DNA of 64,000 bases from Balanoglossus misakiensis (taxonomy: Eukaryota; Animalia; Hemichordata): assembly GCA_040954595.2 (NCBI GenBank), contig CM082594.2, forward strand, positions 12,044,985 to 12,108,984, written 5' to 3'. Shown here in pieces: positions 1-12,100 of the stretch (its first letter is position 1; each line of letters begins with the position of its first letter). Position numbers and translations under genes: made by a program. The notes under the pieces were generated by a model that ran no database searches, was not told where the DNA came from, and saw nothing but the letters and a program-made list of their open reading frames with translations.

Positions 1-91
1 TCATTTTATGATTGGTAATGATAAATAAAGTTGAAGCTACAAGCAGCATTAGCTGGGTCCAACAATTAGAACTAATAAAAGCAAGTTTTAC

Positions 92-172
92 CTGTTTCAG
101 TTCAAGAAGTAACTTGGGTGTCAGGGCGATCCTTTTGCCGGTTTTAAGAAACTTAATAGCGTAAACATTACC
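92..172 (-). CDS. Receptor guanylyl cyclase exon 9 (kinase-homology domain)
   Basis: cttcgcag| GNVYAIKFLKTGKRIALTPKLLLELKQ |gtaaaa; resembles the NPR1-type GNLVAVK...LELKH exon. Confidence 0.85.
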
Positions 173-3100
173 CTGCGAAGAGAAGGTGAATGATACATTA
201 TAACGATTTTGATCTGTTATCAAAAGGGCACCATTGCCACGCGTGCCACATAAACGTTAATATTATAAGGTGGTCACATGAAACCACGGAGTGTCCTTTT
301 TCACTCCTGCTCAATCTCTACGTTTAGAGATTGTGCCACCTCAAAATCTACATTTATATGCCAATTTGCATTTCATTTTATGTGAATGCATCTGGTAACA
401 AACAGCTCAATTGTGACATGAATTTCATTTCGAAAAAATCTTGGCCTGCTGGTACGTGATTCTTTTACAGTCTTATTTCCAGCAATGGGTAATGTGAAAC
501 GTTTAAATATACACCTAAATACCTTGTAACATCAAAAGCAGAAATGTACAAAAGACATGACATAAGTCAACGATGATAGCCACGGGAATATGTTTTGTTA
601 GGGTGTGGCCATTTCCCTTTAAGATCTGGATGACTGATAATTGAAACCAATGCACGTCACAAACAGACCATGCATATTTTATGAACTGATCCGGGTCCGT
701 TTATCTATCCTCATTTTAAACCCCATTTCACTCTGAACAATCAGAATTTTATGTCTGGCAAGCTAAAGAAAATCTCTGCATTTCGTACAAATTGCTTTCT
801 GGGCAGATTTGATATCGGGCAGATGTTGATAATTCCATAGATAGTTGCCTTGGCAACACATGTATTCTGAGTAGTAAAATAACGGTCTTATCATGGAGCT
901 ACCAGTCATATGACCTACATTAAGATCGATCCTTAGATATGGATCAATATTTTACCACATGGTGAGACAAGTTCACCAAAAAGCACTCTCCAAACTACCC
1001 CTAAACAAGAGCCGCAGGTCAATTTCATTACTGCTAATCGCATGATTTTTAAAATTTCCCCTCGTTTTAATTTTCTAATTAGGCTGCGCATAGCTGTCAT
1101 TTGATATTGGTAAAAGCAAAGCTAGAAACTCATCTAAATGCCTGCTATCAGCAAATGGTTTTGTAAGGTATACAATGCCTCAATCTGTGACTGAGTTGCT
1201 CGTTCCGTTCCGTGAAAAGCAAAGTAAATTAGAAATCACGTGCTCTAAGAACTGATGACGTCGATGAAAGTGCGCAGAATGACTTCAAGATAACAAAACA
1301 TGGATAGTAAAAATATGTAGTGGTAATATTCGTGCACATATCCATTTGTCAAAATTAATAAAAGCGGAAGTGTTCTAATACTTTCCTTATAGGTGCACGT
1401 TTTAGTAAAAACATGATCGTTATCGGCAGTCGATTTTAAGGAGACTGTAGATGTCTGAAATGAAAAGAAGGAAAACATGAGTTTTTGACATTTTTCTTTC
1501 ATACTGTCCACTCTGTCACATCGCCTGGCGTTTTCATGATTGATACCACATGGTAAGGCATATCATCTTACTTTCTTTAAAATAGCAACGAGAATCATCA
1601 TTCAGGTAGTCGTCAATGAATCGGTCGTGTGTAATATTTCAGTATTCGCAATAATGGACCTGCATGTAATTTGAAATTGTGTCTGCATGTAGTCATAGAA
1701 ACGACATTTGCCGGCAGAAAATTAAGCTCCTATGATCAAAAACATGTGCCACGAGCTGCTTTTTGAACTAACCAACTAGGCTTGAATGAAAAATTCCCCA
1801 CAAAAGAAGTATCAATAGTCGATTGTGAGTTATGTAAGCATGAATGGGTTTCTTTCCTTGAAAAGCCACAGAAGAAGACTGTTGTCCAGGCGATCAATTC
1901 AAAGCACCAGAATATCAAAGAATTTATGAAATGCACAGACTCATTTGAGTTTCTGAAGTTTGATGTCTCTTTGCCATATCACAGTTACTCTTTTACTTGT
2001 CATACCTTTACTGGGGTCTGTTGAGTAGTAGTGCCAATTTTCTGTCCATGTAAAATAAGATCATCGAAGTCTATACGCCACAGCATATTAGCAATAGCCT
2101 GTTGTAATTTGTACTTCCTACATATATATTAATATGCAAAACAGAAATATATGTAAATTACCACGCTTACCATGATTTTGTTTGCAGATGCAAGACACAT
2201 AAAGTGCAGTGAAAATCACGCTCACTTTATATGTTGCAATTATGTTTGGATAATGATTTCAGGTCTGCGTCTGAAAGGTGTTATCCCTGACACCAAAAGA
2301 TCTGTGTGAGTGTAATTTTCTGATCTGGGTGATTCTACTTTGCACATATATAAGCCTACGCATCGGTCACAGTTAGATGACGAAATATCCCAGTTTACGA
2401 GAAATCGGCCAACGATTGCAATTCAATCAAGCAATGATGGCTCCTTGACAGCAAAATAACGTGAGCGATGATACCGTTGGCAATATCAATGACCTGCGGG
2501 AGTAATTACACACAGAGATGTGTTTCAACAGTAATGCGTCAATCCTGCCTGTTCACCAGAGAGATTTAAGGTCCATCGTATTCTTGTAATTTTAGAACAG
2601 GGCCGGGTTAATATGCAATAAACTTAGAGATATGCCGGTAAAAGGCAATTTCCCGAGTTTAATAAGTGATGTACAGGCCGCTGTATCGTTTTTCTGGTGG
2701 TAAAGAGCATACTGTGTTTACTGGATGGAATGAAGTGTTAGGTGAGACACAGTTTGTCGAGATAGTTCGATTTTGTCGTAATCTATACGTGTCAAGGGAA
2801 GTTTTACGACACATGCTGAAACGCCGTGGTGAATACGTGATGAGAGGATTGACCTTTCGACGTTCAGTGGGGAGCCTTTGTGATTCCCATTTTTAATAAT
2901 CTTATTATGATCATCAGATTTGATTTGGTTCGTTCATCAACTAAATGTGTACGGTGCGGTGATATGGAAGCCGATCAATTTCTTTGGCACAGATAGGACA
3001 TTAGGTTGTCAGCATGTAAAGTCTCTTGGGAATACTATGTGAGTCAGGCATATACCGATGCATCCTCATACTGTAGCCCAGGCTTAAATCTCTCCATTAA

Positions 3101-6100
3101 GTTTACAATTTCACGTACGGATTCTAAATATAGAACCCGTATAGTGAGGTTACATAGGGCAGAAACGTTATCCGTTTTCAATAAATACAACACTGCGTTG
3201 GACAACAGAGGCAAACAAACAGGTTATTCATTAGATTGCTTCAGATTCTACTTGTGTAGGACTGAAAGATGCAACTTTTTGAGGCACTCTACACAATAAT
3301 CAAAATGATTGAATTGTGGATACTTCGAATTACCAAAGAAAGTTCGTTTAAGCAATAACCCCTGCCACAGGCGGGTATACGCGAGATTTGGGTACAATTC
3401 GAGACATATAGCACGAGCCGTCAGGTGAGTGCTATGTGGAGCGAATTGTACCCAAATCGAGTGTATACCCGACTGAGGCGGGGGTTATTGCTATTATATT
3501 ATCAACAATTGCATGCTAGTTCAGGGGCCCGTTTTAGCACTGCCAGCAGTGCTATATGACTATTTTAGCATCGCTATATTGAGCTCTCGTCCAATCAGAA
3601 TTGCGGACGGTAGCATGATATAATATAATTTATAATAGCGACTGGTCGTTAAATATAATCAAGAAGACTATAGCTGTATGACTTCAATTTAAGTCTTTGG
3701 AGATAGATTCTTTGACATTTAACCGGCCAAGAGAAACAGATCTTTGGTCTATGTTTTAAACTATTTTATTTGAACTCAACTTCGCAAATTGAAGGTTTTA
3801 GAGTGTTGAAGAGATTACCTGCTGTACTGATTTAAGTATCATTAATCTTTATCTGACCCATTTCTTGTTTCGAATTTGTAACCAACCCCGGTTGATAATT
3901 ATTGAGCCTGCAATCAGCCTGTATGCTTTAGATCCACAAAGAATCTGTTAGAATGGTTTGACATGATCTCAATTTCATTGCTGAATGACTACTTGATCAA
4001 GCCTGCCTACAATGACGCTTTGACAAGCACCAATCCTAAAAGTGGAACAAGTCAGACAGAATGGAATGATTTAGATAAAACTCATTGGGACTAGTTGACG
4101 TCAGCTACAGACATCTTGGCAACATGAGTGTTTGGTCGTAGAATGGAGTACCCTTTTACAGATTGAAATGAGAATGGTTTGACTAGGGCAGCATTCATTT
4201 GCTGTCTTCAACAGTATGTCAATTTTCCATTACGCGCAGTGATAGCAGAGCTATTTTTTAAATGATTAAATCTTGCAGAGATTTCTGAAACCAACAAGTA
4301 TTTAAGTGGAGGACAAAATTTCACCATCATTAAGCCCATAGTCAAATGGTGGCCTCAAATTGCATGGCAACGTCACATAATGCATAGAGCAGCAAATGTT
4401 TGTCATAAAGTGCTGGTGCACTCATATGTATTAGATATCGTATAATAAGTCATTGGACTTGCAAATATAAGCAAATATCAATACTCCTGTTGCTTATGGA
4501 AGCTATTGTATATTTCAAACATAAAATTTGTTAAAATTGGATCTTTTACTGCTAGCAGGTGAAACCCCATTCATATGTGTGTGAAGTTCCTGATCTGTGC
4601 AAAGACTGTTTATCTGTGCCCTTGATCAATCGTATATCATATTGTAACTGATAGAAATGTTATCGTAACAGGGCTGCATCTCTTAGCATTTTGTAATGTT
4701 CATTAAAGGATCGGCCAATCACTAAGAAGAGTCCCTAAAAACCAAAATTACAAGATTTTAAGTATGACTTTTGGTAGTCATACAAGTTTCTATAACACAC
4801 CTTACAACTTAAGATAGGCCTGTAACACATACCTGTACATAACGACGATAATTCCTACAAAACTCACAACTAATCCGGCAAACACTGATGCAACTATATA
4901 AATGGGGTTGGTAGGTTCTGTAACATCAAAGGTAATTATTAAAAGTATGATATATGTTGATGTACAATGCAGATGTACAAGTGGCAAACAACTTTTACAA
5001 ACACCTGACTACCGAAGACTTGCAGATATTACTAAAGATTATCTGTCTCTATTTCATAGGGTTCGAACTTCAAACGTAAAACACCAATGGTACTCTTCAC
5101 AATAAATTAACAACCAATAAAGCTCTTAATGCAAGAATGTTATTATAACCCTTACCCTTTTGGGGGCAGTGCTCATTGAAGAATCCACAAATAGGTTCAT
5201 CCCGAGGAGGTCCAGTTAATCCTCCTGGCCAGTGGATAGTACGGCCAGGCACTTCTTGATAAGTCTTGCTGTGGCCAAAGTAGTGTGCTACCACCTGACA
5301 GACATAATAAGTAATGTGTGGTTGGTTCAGGTGTATTGATTAGAGTAAGAGTTTTGCTTTTCTTTTCCATGCTATAAAATGTCAAAGGGCAACTTTTTCT
5401 GCGACACAACCGATCTGACTTTGTATCGCCATGGCTATTTTGTTACACTAAAAGCCAACACTTAAATTACAGAAAGAAACAAATAGAAAATGCAAGAAAA
5501 TTACACGAGTTGACTACCGGTATAGTATAGAACATCAAAACACAAGACATACAAATTGAATGGTTGATGTGTGCAGCCAATTTCCCCTGGCCTTATTTTA
5601 CATGTCTGAACGTCTTCTTGTCCAGACAGTTCAGTGTATAGGAGTTAGGATAGCATTCAAATGCCCAAGTGGAACCAACAGGAAATAATCCTGACCAAAC
5701 CAACCAATTTTGCAGAATACAGAAATATTAGTTAATACACATGTACATGCACACAATACCATTTCGGGTTTTAAATGAATTCCAAGTTCCACCACATTCA
5801 GCGTGAAAAGGGTTCAAACCTGAAAGAGTTGCACTCATGTATTGCAACCTCGAAAGATTAGTTTCTACACTAAGAGTCCTTATCTTTTATTTTAAATATA
5901 TTACTTATCATAATTACCTGAAATGTCCCGTTTTCAGGGTCTGTCATATCATACATCATGAAATCAGCATCCCTATCACCATTCATATCAATAGTAATGT
6001 TCCCTTGGATTCCTGTGGATATATATCTAGAATTAGCATATCACAAAACGTTTATCAGTACATGAACTCTGATACCATTATCGTAAATATTGAAGATTTT

Positions 6101-9100
6101 CATCGCATGCTTATTTCAGTATTCTTTGGTTTCAGTGCCATTTAAGTCTTGTTTCTTGTCGGCCACTAAAATAAAGTGATATGTCGCTCTGGCAGGGAAG
6201 GACATAAAACAAAAGCAGAATTAGAAAAAAATATATTTTAACCACATTCAGTTTGTAATCATATTAAGTATTCATTTTTAATAGAAGTACAGGAACAGAT
6301 ATTACATTGTATCTCAATATGGACGTTTATCGATATATTTGATTAAATTTAAAGACAAACTACTACATATATATTCAACCTGATTTTGTGGAAATGCAAT
6401 TGTCTTCCAGTAAATTTACAAGAAGACATGCAATTTTGTATCACAAATACTTTCCAATAATTTTCGTGGAGTCAAATGCTATTGAAGTTTACATGTGTGT
6501 GTCATGTAAACTTTGCCATCTTACAAAAATAGACTAGAGTAGCCTGAAAATCTGTACATTTGTATGGAAATGAGTAACATCATCTGTTTTGCATAATTTG
6601 TGAGGCAAACGCCACTGACCTTGAAAAGTTCGCCCATAAAGTCTTTTGACAAGCAATTTTCCGTCATACGGGTCACCGCCTTCTGCTAATGTTTCATTAA
6701 GTGCTGTAGCGTATAGGATTACTGTGTCGTGCGCCATGCCGGCCAGTACAGAGACCTGTATGTCAAAACACACGCATGACTCAATTAAGGAGCATTTAAA
6801 CATGATTGGAAAAACAACCTCTTTGCGAAATATCAAGCATGTCCGAGTCCCAAGAGGCGGTCGAATGTGCTGCAGGGTTCCTGCTCACAGAAACAGCTCT
6901 AATGTATTTAACAGTGGAATTTAGCTTTTGGCTATATTATGTGTGATTGTATCTAGAAATAAGAGATTTTCAGTTCGTTGAGCAATAATCGACCTTAGAA
7001 ACATACACACAATGCCAAAATAGTCAATTCGCATTTATGTAACTATGTTGTTGTTTTTTTTTGCTAAAGGTTATATTATCTAAAGGATACAGTGCAGGAA
7101 GGGATTGGAGACATTGCTGTTATTGTTAAGCATGCCGCTAAATGCCAAATCACTCTGACACGTGTTTGTCATCTTGATGTTATATAGTGCGTGAGTAGCC
7201 AGGCAACAAAATTTAAAGATTGCTCTATGAGCCAAAAACACTTTTCCCTAGTGAACACAACCTGAGGAGTGTAGCATACAGTATGCAACACAAACAGTAA
7301 TATTTACATGAATATAATAACTCAGACTTATGTAGAAATTTTGAACATGGAAATCTTTAGAAAAGAAGCAGTAAAGCTTATACAACATACTGTAATACTA
7401 TTTCTATGGTTCTGCGGCCAAAGCCATCTTCATTAAAACATCATTACGGTTTTCGAATTAATAATCGTGTTCCTTGTGTACACGTGCTCACGATTCCCAA
7501 ATTTGATGACGTAAACACTGTGTTCTGGTTTTCACTTCTTTGTAATACAAGTTCTTGTTAGAAATTGCTACAGTCAGACATTGTCGACGCCAATCATCGA
7601 TGCCATATGCTGCACTGAGATTTTTCTGTAATGTCGTTTTTGTGCACCGATCTGGGAAAGCCCGAGGCAAAATGTATTGACATTGTGCGAATTGTGCAAC
7701 ATATGTGGATCACTGACTATTCAAAGAAAAAGAAATTAGAAAGATGTGTAGCCCAAGGTATTTTTGCATGTAACTACGCAAATGTAAACGCTTGGGTAAA
7801 ATGCGTTCAGTGAAGTCTGTATGTGAAGGATATGAGTCTAACCTCTTCGTCATCAGCATACTCGTATCCAAATTCTGTTTTGGATCGCTGGATCATTTCC
7901 TCCTCGAAATCGTGGAACTCGTAGGTTTCTGGACGGTAAAATGACAAAATAAACAGGGCCTCGTAGGCTGTCTTGGCGTCCTTATTTCGTCCATCTGAGC
8001 CGACCCAGGAGAAATCACCAAATGTCCTCTTCAGTTTAAAGAACTCGATGCAGAAGAAGACAAAGTCGCCGTTGATGAGACCAAGATCGTACGCACCTAG
8101 CATGAATTTGCGAACGTTTTCGCCTCTCGCTGAGATGAATATTACTGTCAATGGAATGAAGAAATAGCTTGAAATTAAAGAAGTTCTCAAAATTGATCGT
8201 ATCTCTACACATACGTTTACTTACAATAAACAAATGCTACTTTGATTTCCTTCTGTTTCTGGACTTCAAATATAATTAGATTTCTCAATTTAAAAAAAAT
8301 TACTGATTGAAACGGAAACTAAAGAGTGTGTGTCTGAGAAACTCATTCGTGTCAGAAAATCACAAGAGATTCTTTCACTTGTCTCTCAGATAATTATCGC
8401 TTAAGGCAGCAACGGTTCAGATCGTTAGGGTTTCATTTTATTAGACATAAAGTTTCTAATCTCGAAGTGCTAATGGCGGTGAGTGACCACAGAATCCAAA
8501 TACCCTTTTCAAAATTGTCCCAAGACTATTTTAGGGAATGGCGTTATCAAATCAGTGGTGCATACTAATAATTATTCCAATTAAGCTGAATGTCGTTTTA
8601 ATGTAAAATATTTTAGTGTCATACGTGGCACTAAAATTGCATGTTAACTGCATTCTTAACCTGTACGAGTATACTTATAGTGTACTAATGCTTTACACCT
8701 GACGTCATAGAGTTTGAAGAAATTCATCAAGGTAGAGCCAATGTCAAAAATCTTTGCAATGAAAACTGTAGACCTGACAACACAAACATGTAGGTAGTAG
8801 CTGCTCGTTTTTGGAATGAACTCAATTTCCTGAGTTGGCATACATGCGCAGAACTGGATGGATTAGTGCGTTTTGCCTTAGTCCATACTATTGTTGTTTT
8901 CTCTTGTTTTCTCTACTTTTAAAAGAACATGCTCTTCTGTGACCTTTTATTATCAAGGGATCTCTTCCCGACAGAGAGAAAAAAGAACGTAAAATCACTC
9001 ATTATTAATGTTAGTAAAACCTAGCAGAGATATCCAATGATAGTCTCAAAGAGCCAATAGCTGGTGAACGAAAAAATGGGGGATGCAAAAAAAAAAACCC

Positions 9101-12100
9101 TCTGAAAATGTCCCCTTGTTCAACAAGTCCTTGTGTTTTCCAGTGCCTTTCAAGTCAACGCAGTTTCTGTCATCCATGAGCTGAGCAGTGTGCCAAGGGG
9201 CCCTTTACATGTTTACTTTTAGTAGCCTTATAACCATGCTAGGAGCTCTGGACTTCTATCGCATGTATTAAATAATGTAATTGCAGGAGATTTGATGAAC
9301 ATTTGCTGAAACTTTTTTTTACTATATCTGTGCATATTTGCATATCCGCGACGTCACTGGCTAACAACGCCAAAAAAACATCCCATGCTGGTCGAGTTGT
9401 ATGGTCCTATATCTTTCTCATTTAAAGAAAATCAACAAAACTTCGCATTTCCGTTGATTGTGGCAATTCTAACTACCGTTGCCTAGCAATTTGAATAGTT
9501 AATTATAATGTATTAAGTTCAATCTGTGAGCATCTGAATGTTTTTTAATTTCATGTACACATTTATTGTCAGCTGGTGTAAATTTTATCTCTTTCACCAC
9601 TTCTCTAAATTTTCTCTAGTATTAGGAGAATGTTTTGTCTTGAGCAAAGAAACAAAGCCCCCGCTATCTTGGTCGTCGCGGCACGTGGGTGTCCCCCTGA
9701 TGAGAATATGTCCACCCATACCAAAACCCCACTGCATTCGCCACGACCTAATAGGATCTTCAGTTGCTGTCATGCCTTGTCTACGCTACGGTGGGCTGCT
9801 TCTTTCCTCCTAAAATTATCTAATTTCAGGGATTTGTGGGTGAAGTTTATCAACAAACAAACGCGATGCTACGACCACTTCCCTTTAAATGCTGCGATGT
9901 CACATGATTATATGCTGGAAAACTAAAGTACAGTCAGTGATCGCCAAGAAATATGTATATACCTAAGGTTATTCGCAAAATTTGATGAGATGAGGGCAGA
10001 GTGTCTGATTGCGCCATTTATGTGAAACTTCAGCAATTTCCCAGCTCCGTTACTCGTTATGCTTGCTAAGTGAACCCTGAAAATAAGATCATTTTCAATA
10101 ATGAAATGCGTGCTCATTCATTTCTCAGTGTCGTTATTTTCCTATGAACAAATAAAATCGCTCAACCGTGGAAAACTATACCTTCCGTCAGGAGAAAAGA
10201 GCGAATGTATAGCCACTACTCTTAAGGCAGAATGCCAGCAAGGAGTTATTCGAATCCTTTTTATTATATTGTCCCTGCCTCTGATATTTATCTAAAAGAG
10301 TTGAATTCAATTCTGCGATGTCTTTCAAACCCAGTGTACAATAATTTCACCACCCCCCCCCCCTTATGCACTTGTGAATTTTTAAATTGCCTTTACCCAG
10401 AAATGAAATGGAAGTAATTATACACTTATTTAACATTAATACTAGTCTGTGCCCCTTTTAGCAGATAGTGACTTTCAAGTTTTCGAGGTGCGATCATCGT
10501 CGATCCCACTTTTGTATGAGATATCTACCAATAAATGTAAACACTGGCATCGCCACAGCACGCCGTTCGTGTGGTGATAAATTGTTATGGTTGATGGGAA
10601 CACAGAGGGAAGACCGTCTGTTGTACAACACCATCCTTAAGACGAGTTAAATGGAACGACATATACGCATCATTGCAAAGAGCTTATTAATTGACATGTC
10701 CTTAGGATAGCATCAAGTCATATTCAGAAATATGCCTTGTTTTATCTTGACTTCAGGTGGTTGTGACAGCCATGATTTGAGTGGGTGTGTGAACGGCACT
10801 TCCTCTTTTCTTTGGCGCCAACTGTCTACATGTTACATGTAGAAAACACCAAAGTTTACACCTTGAAAATAGAAGCCGGTCAGTAAAACCGTAATGAAAA
10901 GTTTTTTTTTTTCTTATAATGCATAATCAGAAGCGAATAAGTTCAGCGCTTGTCTATACTTCAGAACTGTCATTAAGATGATGCTGTTGCTAACATGTCG
11001 TCAAACCTCTTGTTCAGTGTTGTTAATGGATATCGCAATCTGTATGGAAAGAGGTCATGACAGGAAGTGTTTTACATGTATTCTATTCGAGTCCTAATAT
11101 GACACGCCAGTTGAGTTCATTCAAAATAAACGTCACGTTTGAGGATACCCTTTCCAGAAAGCTCTCAAAGTCCCCTTGCCAATTTCTATAGTGGTTTGAA
11201 AGTCAGTATATACTTGTATTTGTGTAAGGTTGTTAGATGGACAGGTAAATACATAAGCAGTGGTTCACTTAGTACATAATTCGCTGCCAGGGTGCCCTTC
11301 TTCACTTATGAATATTCCGGTCACAAACTGTAACAATGGGGATGAATATATTACCATATTACTGACTCATTAGCTATGCTGAGTATAGCAACTGGGATCA
11401 TGGAAAAAAGATTTTGCCATGCATGATTTCGGGAGAGACTGATATTGTAGCCTGCGGGACACTTGGAGGAGAGCCTTCTACTGAACACTGAAGTAAAACC
11501 ATAAGCTGTGTGATTCCACCAGAGAGGAAACCACAAGCAGTGCTATACCACCCGGACTTGTGCCTGAACCACATCATTCTACAGCCAATCTGCAGGCAAA
11601 GACTCTGACGTCGACTTGGAGAAAGAACTTGAGGTCACCAGTCATCACCCCACCATGTGGCATATTTAGTATCAGGTAAGAACATTGAAGCCACCAGTAT
11701 TGTCGTTGTACTGTCTTTTAATTTTTGTATTATTGTGTTTGTTTTGTTGTCGTGTGTAGTTCGACCTTTCTGTCTTCATGGGTATGGTAGGTTTTTCCAC
11801 AACAACAAAGATTCCGGTTTTAAAGCAAGCAGGTGGATCGAGGTTGAGGTTACTGGGGTGCTTGTAAGGAAACGACCGCTTGGTTGTCAAAATAAACGTA
11901 AGATAGATAAATCAACACTCTATCTGAAACTGCATCCACATTGTGATGAAACAATGCACACATTATCGGGAAGGGCATAATATAAGGCAAGCATTCATTA
12001 TCAGATTTACACCAATATCTGTTAGGAAGGATGCAATCTAGAATTGTTTGAAAACAATCTGCCCCTGTTTTTCATTAAACTTGCTGCCATCTGTTGTTGA

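Noticed and set aside
505-560. Alternative cyclase exon ending TACAAG|GTATTT (a YK|GT candidate)
   Set aside because: An in-frame TGA lies two codons upstream and there is no family similarity; the 1386-1454 exon fits much better.
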